NCBI GenBank assembly: GCA_965202585.1
Contig: OZ241830.1
Coordinates: forward strand, 44,702,001 to 44,766,000
Direction: 5' to 3'
DNA: 64,000 nucleotides
Origin: Thalia democratica
Taxonomy: Eukaryota
Below are positions 1 to 11,040 of the stretch, piece after piece; position 1 is the first letter of the stretch, and each line of letters begins with the position of its first letter. The translations under genes and the position numbers were made by a program. Below the pieces are notes generated by a model, which saw only the letters and a list, made by a program, of their open reading frames with translations, did not search any database and was not told where the DNA came from.

Positions 1-871
1 AAAAACTCTGCACTGGTTGAATAGTTAACTGCAAAACCATTTTGAAACAACCTTGAAGATTTTTCTGGGTTATTAGAATAAATTATATGTTCACTGATGT
101 TAGTTTCCATCAATAACTAACATTTGTAAAATAGGTTAAACAAAAGTATTTTAATTGAAAAATTGCAGTGGTGATACTTTTGAACGGGAATTAATTAAAC
201 GTTATATTATCACGTCATTATGAAAAACTTTAAATTTCGTAATTTTACGACTTCTTGTAATACTTTTGTTTATAAGTACAAAACAGATCGAACATGATTT
301 ACCAGAAATTAATTCTTTTACATCTAGTTGAATTTATCAAAAACTTGTAGAAACAAAAACATTTCTTTTAGTATAATTAAACATTTTCATCACAGAAGCA
401 ACTCTAACAAATATACTAGTTTGATTTAAATTTTTTTTAGAAATACATTTTGTTTGAAATAAATTGTTTTACCATGTAAAATTTGCAAACAATTGAGAGC
501 TGCTTTAATTTCAATACAGTGCTTATAAATATTTGTCAAAAAAAACAAACAAAAGTCACAGGTTTATGTTGTAGAAATAAAGTATATAAAAAAAAATTAT
601 GACAATGGACTTTAAAATTGTTCTACTAAACTAATCATTATAACTTATTAGTAGCATTGCCTTGATTTTGAAAATTTTTGCAAACTCTTTGAAAATTAGT
701 ATAGATAAAAAACAAAACTGTTGTTTACAATTTTTCACCAAAAATAGAACAGCATTAGTATAGAAAATAACTTACAATGGTAACAAAGTGTAAACTTTTA
801 ACCCTAAAGCTTAGTACTGGAGACTCAAATAAGACTTTTGTGATAAACAATTTCTATAACCTATTTAACAG

Positions 872-1375
872 GTTCTGCTCAACAATCGAGAAAACAAAAC
901 GATGTTAAGTAAAAAACTGACCAAACCTTTATGTAATTAAAGTAAAATAAGTAACTAAAGTACTTTTTTACTTGATAGTGTTCACCAACTTTAACTAGTC
1001 TCTTCATTACACAGTTATTTTTAGACTCCTCTTTCATAATCTAAATTTGTATATCAAACCAGCTTATCTTTAAATAAATAGACGTTTATATTTGTTTGTA
1101 TTGACTTATTTCTTAGGCCGATTTTAGGTACTTACACAAGAAGCTTTTTCATAAAAATTATTAAAATAAAGTCTTCCTTAAGTGCAATAGTTATTGCTAT
1201 TTTACACCAAAAGTTAATCTCCGTATACCTTAATAAGGGTAAGGGTTAGTAGTAATTAGTTTACAAACTAAGTTCGTCGGGTACTTCAAGCAGAAATTTT
1301 CGTCTCATGACTTATGTTTTATGCAGTTGTAGAAGATCAGTTGTACAAAACAAACAAAACTGTCTTAATTTCTAA
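872..1375 (+). CDS. Possible last two coding exons (872-908, 1273-1375) of an unidentified gene entering from the left edge
   Basis: aacag|GT...AA|gtaaaa and ctaag|T...TAA are phase-compatible and read SAQQSRKQNDVNSSGTSSRNFRLMTYVLCSCRRSVVQNKQNCLNF*. No homology was recognised. Confidence 0.25.
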
Positions 1376-1655
1376 CTAGAATTACAGCTATTGTGTTTAA
1401 GCAACAGTATTAGCTAAATGGTTGGATAAATGCTTTTTCTTGTTTAATTTTATAATTTTTCGTACACATATAAAAAACCAAACAATCCTTGAGACTATTC
1501 AAAAATACACACAACAAGTTTGAAATGAAGCAATTTATTTGGCAGTAATATAAAACACTAGATTACAAAACTAAAAGTACATATGTTACCCATATTATCA
1601 AAACCCAAAAAGTTACTAAACTTCTAACTAAAACAGATACTAAAATTCTACGAAA

Positions 1656-1849
1656 CTATTGTAACCATTTGTATGGTTGTAGAAGTCCAACAAGAAGATC
1701 TATTTGCTCGTCCAACTTAGAAAAACTTTTCGCACTCAAAATATTTCTGTTCAGACCTTGGTTTCCATTTATCAAAAATGAAGAACATAATGTTTCATTG
1801 TTGTAAATACTTGGGTCATTATGATATTCAAAAAACTCTTTAGAAAAAT
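1656..1849 (-). CDS. Possible terminal coding exon of an unidentified gene
   Basis: A caatag acceptor is followed by 63 open codons (FSKEFFEYHNDPSIYNNETLCSSF...LLQPYKWLQ*). A minus-strand AATAAA lies near 1535. Upstream exons were not established and no homology was recognised. Confidence 0.3.
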
Positions 1850-2688
1850 CTATTGTTTTTAAAAAACTAATGTTTTTTTTGTTTTAATTCAAAACAAAGT
1901 TAGCCAAAAAAACCTAAATTAAAAGATTTTTTTGTTAGATACAATTTATAAGAGAACTTAAAGTTAACAAAACAGCTATAAATTTGATTTGAATACGATA
2001 ATAAGACAAAACGAAGAGAAAATTCTTCAAAAATTATTAATAACTGTTTCCGTGTTTTATAAAAAATTATTTAAGAACTGACAGATAAACTTAACAATAA
2101 GTAATTTTTTAATAAGGTACAAACAAATTAACACTCTGTTTTTTTGTGGCAGTTTAGTAAATTTTCTACTTATCGTCAGAAACTAACACTAAATACTGAA
2201 GAAGCAAATATAAACAGTTTTTTGTTAAGAACAACAAAATTAAAACTAATTAATTGATCAATGAGAGTGTGCTTTTTACTTATGAGATCACAATAAAAGT
2301 TCTCGACTTAATAATAAGGAGAATGATCAATCAAATTTTCAAACTATATTAACAAAACAATGTTTCACTTTTTTGAACTAAATCAAACGAGATCATCAGT
2401 TGAATACAATCTGTAAATTTTTTTTTAAACATCCAAGAAGACATTAGGCTAAACTCGAAATAAAATTGGTTATTATAAGTAAAAAAACAAAATAAAGCTA
2501 ATAGTTTAATACTATCAATTTAGGAAAATAACAATGTTACCAGGTTAGTTCATGTTAAGGTTAGAAAAACGAAATTACTTAATAATTTTATAAATTTTAA
2601 AAGTTAAAAAATAAACATACTTACAATTGGCAGGCTTGTAATATTTGTATACAAAAAAAAAAAAACTCTTGCGACTAAAACACTAGAC

Positions 2689-2760
2689 CAGGGGCTGGCA
2701 AACTGCGGCCCGGGAGCACGTTTTTTTTTTGAATGGAATGCAGCCCGCTGAGCAAAAATA
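2689..2760. mobile_element. Left terminus of a hAT/Charlie-type non-autonomous element
   Basis: CAGGGGCTGGCAAACTGCGGCCC matches the termini of the complete copy at 50522-50869. Confidence 0.65.
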
Positions 2761-4074
2761 TATTTGAAGTTAAAATTTTTACTGTTATTTGGTTTAATTT
2801 GATTAGTTTCGAAGTCGCTGTTAACATTTTAAAACAATCAAAAGACTTTACAGCTTTGACTTAATAATGTGAAAAAGACAGATTAGCGTTCAAGCAGTGT
2901 TTTTATTTCAGTTTCATAACAACTTTCTTCTTACAATAGCAGCTTATGATTTAAAAAATAGAGTATTTTTAAACATAAAGTATTTTAAAAAAAGTACTTG
3001 GATTCAGTAAATTGTTTATATAATACCTATTTAGTAAATAAAAAAATACAAATTATTTCCGTTGTGTACAAAATTAATAAGTAATGCAAGTAATCAACTA
3101 GAATTTCATTTTTTTACAATTTAGGTATTTTGTTTAACATGTTATTTATACTAAAGTTTCTCTTATAGATGTTTTATAACTATATGTTTTATTTTAGTGT
3201 ACACAAAAATATTAGAATAAAATACTAATAAGAAATAAGGTTTTTATTATTTTGACTTTTTTTGTGCAACTTCTCTGAAATAACTCCTATGCATACCAAT
3301 GTCCACAGATGTTCACTTTTTAAACAACTTTTTTTATTTCATACTCAAGTTCGATTAAGTGTAGTTTAAGCACAAATTTCTATTACTAATGTTTTAACAT
3401 ATGATATCTAAGTGTGTACAGACACATGTATTAAAATGGTTTTCGTTTACATAAGTTAGAAAACTGTATAAATTAGAGTGCTCAATACATAAAAGCGAAA
3501 GTATCAAATATCAAATTATTAAATATTAAGTATTGTTACTTAAAAAGCTCTGAAGATACTTTTAGGAGAAACAATGTCAGCTAAAGTAGCAATCTTTAAA
3601 CAAAATTTAATAGTTTTTGTTCAGTATATATTTTCTTTTTCAAATAATATTTTTTGGAAAATTAAGTTAATTTTTATACGTTGCATACTAATGAAACTCA
3701 GATACTCTTTTTTGGAACTACCTATTTATTACAAATTGTATTTAAGAAGGTTAATTTATTGATTCTGTTATATTATTAATCAAAATAGTTCAAATTTATG
3801 CAAATAAATAACTAAGCATTGCCACACACTCAGACTAAGTCAGGCTAGTTTGAAGACTTTAAAATCTCATACCAATTTAGGAATTTTTGTGTCAGTTTTT
3901 GGCTTGAAATGCTAAAAATATTGTTTTAAAACAAAATCATATTACCATCGTGTTTTCAGCAATATTTGCAGTAACAACATTGTTTGTGAAAAAAAATTAA
4001 GATCAAAACCCATTAAATTGTTGCGTTGCAACATTGTTTTTAAAATGTCTTTTGTTGTGCTTTGCATTGGAATT

Positions 4075-4620
4075 ATTATTATTATTAAGTTTATTGTCCA
4101 ACGAAGGACCTAGGCATTAAAACCTAAGCCACTTAAACTGAAAGACACTAACATAAAAAGAAAAAACAAATTACAGTGATTAAATAAACATAAACATAAA
4201 GCTTATACAAAGCAGAAACTGAATAAATTAAAACTTTCACAACCAAATATTCAACAATTCCAAAGTCACCAATCTCCAATTATACGTTCCAAAGCAACAA
4301 ATTCCTGTAACAAGCATTTATGTCAAATCTTCAGAAGCTGTCTTCATCTTGCAGAACATTCATCTCAGCTATTATTTGCCACTCGTTATGACGGCAAATT
4401 CAGTCAAAAATCACTTCAAAAATTTGGCAGCAACAGTTCACAAATCTAGCTTAGGAATCAACTGAATATCCAACAATTTCAAAATCTAAAGCCCAAAGCA
4501 CATTAACAACAGCCCTTCCAAAAAATCAAAGTTGAAAAGTACCTAAAATCTATAAGGGTAAGGTGTAGCTTACAGATTAAACTACCAATAAACTACATAC
4601 CACACACCAAATCAATGGCT
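4075..4620 (-). mobile_element. Degenerate non-LTR retrotransposon 3' fragment (L2/CR1-like)
   Basis: GC-richer decayed coding-like sequence (ICKLHL...; ...QEFVALERI) ends at a short (TTA)n tail at about 4075-4087. Confidence 0.35.
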
Positions 4621-6155
4621 AAAGAGATGAACAAAACTAATCACTTATAAATTTTACTGGTAAATATTTTATTTAAATTAAACCTAGAAATTCTTCTAAA
4701 ATATTAAATTTATTAAAAACACCTCTAATAGATATTCTAAGATAAGAAGTATTTGTTGTATCACTCCTCTCATCTTAACAAATCGATGAAAGCCCTAATT
4801 TGGTTTATGCGACTGTATAATCTTCGGTCCTTTCCTAAACACAACTTTATGTTGTCATTGAACAAAAAAGCTAAAAGTTTGTACTCCCGTGAACACAAAT
4901 TCTTTAAAAAAAATTAAATTTTCATTGGTGTCTTCTTTTTAGTAATTACTTTTATGACTTTATAACTTGCCTCGACAATATTTTCTGATCAGTCTGTAGT
5001 TACTGATGTGCTTTGTTTTGAACTAGCTAATGCTATTTGTTTTTTTCGTTTCTCGCAATAACTCCTAACTAACAATTTTTAATTCTTAAATTTTTGTCTT
5101 GTATTCACAGTTAATTTTTTTTTAAAAGCTATATCTTTATTGTAGATAAAGCAATAATGAATTGCCATAATGCTTAATAAAGATAAGTTTTTCTACTCAA
5201 ATAATAACTCAATAAATTTTTATATTTAGTATTGAATATTTTAGAAACTTATCTATCCATTCAAGCTGACCAATTTAAAATAATTTGAAAAACTCAGGTG
5301 TGTGTAAAGTTTTTATTTCAAAATTTATGAATAAATTTTCGAATTCTTAGAATAGTTTTTATGACTTTAGTCTAGTTTCTTAGTTGTAATTTTTTCTAGT
5401 CTAGTTGCGTATTATGTGCTTTTTTATAATGATGATATTTAAGCTATATACTTAAGCTTACTGTGTTGCAAGTCTTTGAATTTTTCGATTTTTTATAAAC
5501 TTAGACTCATTTGATTTATCTCGGAATTATTTCTTAGAAAGTGGCAACCATGTAAAACACTATTTAATTACTAATATGGTGTTTTATTAAAGTATTTTAG
5601 CATTTATTATGCTAAAAAAGTTAATAAAGTTATTTTTTATTGACAAATAGATATTGATTATATTTAGTCAACTAATTACTGAATTTTCTAAAGATTTCAA
5701 AATATTTAAAGCGTGAAAATTTTTTTAAAAAGTAAATAATTAAAAACATATATAGTCTAAAACCACTTATTTTTTTTATGATTTGTTATTTTATTTAGTA
5801 TTTTACTTTACTTTATCTAATTTAGACTTAATAATTGTAAATATTAATAGTTTTATAACAGGCGGATTTAACATTAAGTATTGTATCTATTACTAAGCAT
5901 TAATCTACAATAATCTGTAGTATTTAAATTTATTTTTAATATACACATATATATATATGTATATGTACCTACTTTAGCTTCTATTCTTTCCTTACAGTGT
6001 TTCTTTTAATTTGTTACTATTGAAATTAAAATTAGGCATTCTATGTGCAGTTAAAAATTATTAAGAATATAAACTGAATAAAAGGAAAACTTTTTTTTTA
6101 TAAATGTGACTAAAACCAAACCCATTAAATAATTTAAATTTCAGTAAAACTAAAA

Positions 6156-6223
6156 CTGCGGCCCCTGGAAGATTTTAGAATTTAAAATTTGGCCCTCGAG
6201 CACCAACTGCCTGCCGACCCCTG
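6156..6223. mobile_element. Right terminus of a hAT/Charlie-type element
   Basis: CTGCGGCCCC...TTGGCCCTCGAG...GCCTGCCGACCCCTG is the inverted counterpart of CAGGGGTCGGCA. The flank gctTAaac has the central TA seen at other Charlie-type sites here. Confidence 0.65.
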
Positions 6224-6350
6224 GCTTAAACTAACAGTTAAAAATGTTCAATAAACTACTCCTGTTTTGTAACCTTGTCTCATTTGCATAATAGTATTGC
6301 TAAAAAAATCCAAAACCTTACTACTTCAGTGGACTAAAAATTAATTGCGA

Positions 6351-7035
6351 TCTGTTCGGGCTAAAATTTCTAGGCTAAGGTTATGAAAAATCGAGTATAT
6401 AACGTTCATGTGTAACTACACTGCTAAAATAGGCTAATATTTTGCAAACTTTATCATGGTACACGTATGTGTCGATTTCATACTTTTTCATATAAAACTT
6501 TATTTAAATCCAATAAAACACATGTCAATACGTTCCTTAGGCTTTGTAGTTAATGAATAACTTGTTTATTTTTAGTATAAACACTTTTTATATACTTTTT
6601 AAAACCTCGAAGTTTAACTATTTTTTTTCATATATATTCTTTATAAAAGTACACGCATGTGTCAATTTCATACTTTTTTCATATTAAAATTTATTTAAAT
6701 TTAAAAAAACACATATCATACGTTTCTTAGGCTTTGTAGTTAATGAATAACTTGTCTATTTTTAATATAAACACTATTAATATACTTTTTTAAGACCTAA
6801 AAGTTGGACTGATTGTTTTCATATTTTTTCTTTATAAAAGTACACGAATGTGTCGATTTCATACTTTTCCTTATTAAAATTTATCTAAATTTAATAAAAC
6901 ACATATCAATACGTTTCTTAGGCTTTGTAGTTAATGAATAACAAGTTTATTTTTAATATAAACAATTTTAGTATACTTTTTTAAGACCTATAATTTTTAT
7001 CATATATTTTGTTTATAAAAGTACACGAATGCGTC
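6351..7035 (+). repeat. Dispersed repeat with an internal ~190-bp tandem array (3 full units plus the start of a fourth), possibly Helitron-derived
   Basis: Units start GTACACG..TGTCGATTTCATAC at about 6460, 6651, 6841 and 7021. The head (a|TCTGTTCGGGCTAAAA...) and units recur at 14968-15330. Confidence 0.8.
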
Positions 7036-7261
7036 GAGCACCAACTGCCTGCCGACTCCTGGCTTAAACTAACAGTTAAAAATGTTAAAAACTAAAGAGA
7101 CATAAACAAACACTTTTCTTGACTAAATCATTAACTTTTAAACTTTTTTTGTGTTTTCCTTTGTATTTTTAATAAAAAGTTTTTGTTTTTACTCAAAAGT
7201 TTATTACTAGCTTAATTTTATTATCTTGTCCATCACATAAAACAATATTGACACATTTCGA

Positions 7262-8857
7262 CTAAAGTTCATCATTTTGGCGGCACATCGACCTCAAATC
7301 CGCGCTCGACCCGGCTTTCTCCACTTCTTCCGCGCACCCGACCACCCAGTCCCTGCTCGCAGCATCGATCATCGCAAACTTTTTGTTCAAACCGTTCATC
7401 CTGTGCAGCTCCACCGCCAGAATCCTGTTCTCGCCCTGTTCGTCCTTGTAGTGCGCCAGTGCCGAGTGGTGCGTGAAGCCCTTGGGCACTTTCAACTCGG
7501 CCTCGTTGCCGTCGTCGTCCATGTACATGGCGTCCATTGTCATCAGCTCGCCCTTCACAGCGTCCTCGTGTTTGTTGAAAGCGGGCCCTCCCATGAGCGG
7601 GTTGAAGTAGCTCAGCTTCGGCTTGCCGCCGAAGAGCATGTACTCCATTTCTTCCAAATGTTCATCTTTCGGCAGTTTTACGTCCTTGACATTTCGGAAA
7701 CCGTCGCGAAAGTAGACCAGTGCCACGCTGCCTCTGGTGTACCACGAGTTTGCTTCTTTTTGATCACGGGGATTTCCCCCAGATGGAAGGCTGGTCACGT
7801 GGACCGAATCGATCCTACCGTTTCCGGGCAGATTGTTCCTCTCCATGCAGTGGCCGGCAACGATGACGAAGTTTTCCGCCAAAAAAGCTCCGCTGCACCT
7901 AGTGTAATAAAATTCTTTGTTTCTTTGGTACTTGGAGATGACGACGGCCACGAACCCGGGGTTCCTGTGTTGGCTGTTCTGGTGTATGGTCTGCTCGGGC
8001 GTCCACTCGTTGACCGTCGGCTCGATGAAATTGTCCACAAAGTACGGAATTCTCGTCGTAATGAGCCTCGGTTGTTGACAGTTCACGTCGTTACCCCAAG
8101 AAATCAGGGCGTGCAAAGTTCCTTCGAAGGTGACCGGACCGCCGGAATCGAACCTGGTGGCCATGTTCAGTTGCTCCTGGTGCAAACGGCCGTCTCTCTT
8201 TACCATTCTGGAGTATAACAAGCTTATAATGCTGTCATCAAACGCATCCAAATGCATGTAGCCGTGCCGCAGCCTTAGTTGTTCTATGGGTACTTCCTGG
8301 CAGGTGGGCGCACCCCAGCCGTATATCTTCAGCGTGCGTCTCTTCTTCAAGCGGTCGTCTTCCTTTCTGTTGGCGATCACCACCGGGCCCACAAAATCGT
8401 CAAAGTTGAACTTCCTGTCGGCCAGCACCAATCCGACGTCGTTCCTCGCCTCCTCCACGCTTTTTATGCCGGCGGGATCCTCCGGGTACTTGAAGTCCGG
8501 GTGGCTGAACCACCGGCGGCTTTCGATCACCTGGCGGTGGTTGCTGTTGTTCAAATCGGGCCTCACTTCGCCAGCGTAGATCTCGAAATAGGCCCGGTCG
8601 ACGTCATTGGAAGGGTGGAGGCAATGGGCCGCTGTCAGCACCCACCGCTCGTTGATGATGGACCCTCCGCACACAATCAGCACTTTCTTGAGGTTCGGGT
8701 CGCGCTCGGAGGGCTGCAAGGCGCGCAGGTAGACCAGGTGCCTCGGCTGGTCGCGCTGCTCAGTCACTTCTGTTCCCTCGAAAACCTGACCCCGGGTGAA
8801 ATTGAGGAGGGAAAGTAACAAGCACAATAAAGTGCACCATTTTATTTTTCCCAACAT
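7262..8857 (-). CDS. Secreted two-domain trypsin-family (peptidase S1A) protein, 531 aa, single exon; domain 1 has His/Asp/Ser, domain 2 is degenerate
   Basis: The first ATG is at 8857 (the ORF track starts at an upstream GTG). The signal peptide is MLGKIKWCTLLCLLLSLLNFTRG. Domain 1 motifs are CGGSIINERWVLTAAHC, RNDVGLV, GWG, FDSGGP and LISWG. Domain 2 motifs are CSGAFLAENFVIVAGHC and GSVALV. Strong GC3 bias is present, and minus-strand AATAAA signals lie at about 7198-7221. Confidence 0.93.
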   Translation of the reverse strand: MLGKIKWCTLLCLLLSLLNFTRGQVFEGTEVTEQRDQPRHLVYLRALQPSERDPNLKKVLIVCGGSIINERWVLTAAHCLHPSNDVDRAYFEIYAGEVRPDLNNSNHRQVIESRRWFSHPDFKYPEDPAGIKSVEEARNDVGLVLADRKFNFDDFVGPVVIANRKEDDRLKKRRTLKIYGWGAPTCQEVPIEQLRLRHGYMHLDAFDDSIISLLYSRMVKRDGRLHQEQLNMATRFDSGGPVTFEGTLHALISWGNDVNCQQPRLITTRIPYFVDNFIEPTVNEWTPEQTIHQNSQHRNPGFVAVVISKYQRNKEFYYTRCSGAFLAENFVIVAGHCMERNNLPGNGRIDSVHVTSLPSGGNPRDQKEANSWYTRGSVALVYFRDGFRNVKDVKLPKDEHLEEMEYMLFGGKPKLSYFNPLMGGPAFNKHEDAVKGELMTMDAMYMDDDGNEAELKVPKGFTHHSALAHYKDEQGENRILAVELHRMNGLNKKFAMIDAASRDWVVGCAEEVEKAGSSADLRSMCRQNDEL

Positions 8858-9026
8858 TTGTGTGTCCACTGATTAAAAGTTTAAAGAAATTTAATGAAAA
8901 AAAACGTGAAAGCTTGTAGAAAGATGATGTAACAATAAAAATGTTAAAAATACTTTTTTGTTAAATTTAGGCGGATTTACTTAATATTTTTTTGCAGTTC
9001 TTAAACGAAGAAGTATGTGTTTGGTT

Positions 9027-10246
9027 AAGAGGTCGACACACTGCAGACCTAATGCGGCCTGCAAAGTAAAAAATGCGGTCGGTGGTGTAGTTAACAGATA
9101 CAAACATACGTAACAAATGAATCTTCAAGAAATTACCATGTTTCTATTAATATGTATAACAAAATACTATTTATTTATTTATTGAAATAATAATCCAACT
9201 GTGAAATTGTTAAACACATCAGTTTAAACAAACATAAACAATCAAAAACTTATATTTTTTCTTACGAAACATTACTTTTCGAATTTTAGCAAGTAATGAA
9301 AAAATTTATTATAAAAATGGCAAATCCTATTATCCGAAGTCGATAAATACATATGGCTTTAAAAAGATTATCAAGAATGGATAATTCAAGTTAGATAACT
9401 TTTATAAGGAACAAAAGAAGACAAAATCAATCTTATCATAGTATATATCAGGATAAAAAACAAAGTACCATTTTAACAGTTTATCTCAACTGCATATGAT
9501 TAAATATTTTGAAACTATTGAGAAAAAATGCTGCACCGAAAAAGTTTTATTGAAGTTAATCAAACAAGTAGATCTCAGCATTTCTATTACAATTTTTTAA
9601 GTTTAGTAAACAAAAGTTACAATAAAATTGGTTTTTAAAATAATAAAGCATTTAAGTTGGAGTACTAAGACATTAAAATCCAGATGTATTAGTTTAAATA
9701 TCTTCTAAAGTTGTCATTAGTTATTTATATACCATTCTTTCGTATTCTATAGTGTTAATCTATAATTTAGTCTTATCTTATTCCAAATTAATAATACTTA
9801 AATTTTATTGAGTATTATAAATTTTTGTCATATAAAATGAAAGCTTTACTAAGTTGAAGTTAAGAAACTAAGCTACACTTTTTTATCTTCCAAAAAAATT
9901 TTTGGAATACAATGTTTGAAAAGTTTAGATTTAAAGTCATTGAATTGTTTTTAAACTAAAGAAAATAAAGTTTTAGTGCTTACTTTAATAATCAATTTAA
10001 TGTGTGGTCCTGCTTAGAGGGTTCTATAGTTTTAATAGTAACTGTAAATCAAATCAGCTGAGTTCTACAGTTTAATTATGCTTTTTGTCCTAAAAACTTT
10101 CCTCTAGGTTCTTAATTATTATCTACCACTTATAAAGTGTTTTATTAATGCTTATTTTATAACCATACTGTTTTAAAATAACTAGGTCGTATGCAATTTT
10201 TTCAAGGAAAATTGGCCCACAAAGTATAAAAGACTGCCGACCCCTG
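9027..10246. mobile_element. Degenerate hAT/Charlie-type element (termini only)
   Basis: A decayed left end AAGAGGTCGACACACTGCAGACC and a right end GACTGCCGACCCCTG are present. The flanks do not form a matching TSD. Confidence 0.4.
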
Positions 10247-10439
10247 CATTAAACTGAACTACTGCTTTTGCTGTTTAAAAAAATTAAACTGTCCTAATGT
10301 GACGTAACTATAAGTTAGGCTTTTAAAATCTAATAGTGCTATAAATTTGAAACTTTTTTCGATTTTAATATTTGCTTGTACAATTTAAAAAAGAGATGTA
10401 TTTATCAACTTTTCTTAAGTTTTAAAACAAAGCTTTTCA

Positions 10440-10720
10440 TAATGAACACATGAGCATTTTAACTCGGACTTTTTATTAAATGAAGTTCCACCGTCAGTGT
10501 TCGCTGTTTCCATATTCTCACAGGTACACGTACAGGTCATGCAGATTCTCTGTGGATTCCTTATTTTGACGATGTGATGTAAAATGTATCAGTTAATGTT
10601 GTAATCAGTATAATTGTTTTTAATTTCAAAATATATTTCGACAGTTCGGTGCCGTTTTCTTTGTGGACTTTCAAATCACTAATTTGACCATACAACCTTA
10701 TTTAAAAGGTCCTCTAGTGC
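10440..10720 (-). mobile_element. Penelope-like element remnant (GIY-YIG endonuclease C-terminal region)
   Basis: Frameshifted translation gives TELSKYILKLK ... RNPQRICMTCTCTCE ... FNKKSELKCSCVH, resembling the Penelope pattern LSKYIWxLK...CxLC...LNKRSEL...CRH. Confidence 0.55.
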
Positions 10721-10949
10721 TTCCTTAAATGAGAGTAACAAATAATTAATGTAAAGCAATCATTAAATCAAACTAAAATACAATTAAAAAAAGAAGCTAA
10801 TTTAACTTAATAATGACACACTATAACTAAATCATTTTTGTTTGCTCAACTCTGTTACTCTGTTTTTTTAACATTTAAATAACTCTCACTTAAGAAAGTC
10901 AAAAACATAATTTCAATAATTAAAAATTTTAAACATATATACTTAATAA

Positions 10950-11040
10950 ATCAAGCACATTCTTTTTTATTTATCAAATGTTCAGCTATTGAGGAATTTT
11001 TGACAATTCGAGTCAAAAGGTAGGCACTTTATAATAACCA
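10950..11040 (-). mobile_element. Possible second Penelope-type endonuclease fragment
   Basis: Translation KNSSIAEHLINKKECA resembles the SAIAEHL...C motif of Penelope endonucleases. Confidence 0.35.

Noticed and set aside
2689-6223. A single 3.5-kb Charlie element spanning both termini
   Set aside because: The flanks (cactagac vs gcttaaac) do not form a convincing TSD, so the termini are reported separately.
6460-7035. CRISPR-like appearance of the ~190-bp and 15-bp arrays
   Set aside because: These are plain tandem repeats without unique spacers, no cas genes are present, and the context is eukaryotic.
7277-8818. Long plus-strand ORFs (313, 179 and 97 aa) and a nested 81-aa minus ORF overlapping the protease
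   Set aside because: The two longest are in codon register with the protease. High GC3 makes TTA/CTA/TCA rare, which removes antisense stops. None of these ORFs has a recognisable motif.
7262-8857. Bacterial horizontal transfer as the cause of the GC island
   Set aside because: The motifs and disulfide pattern are animal-type S1A, the signal peptide and poly(A) signals fit the host, and some host exons reach similarly high GC3.
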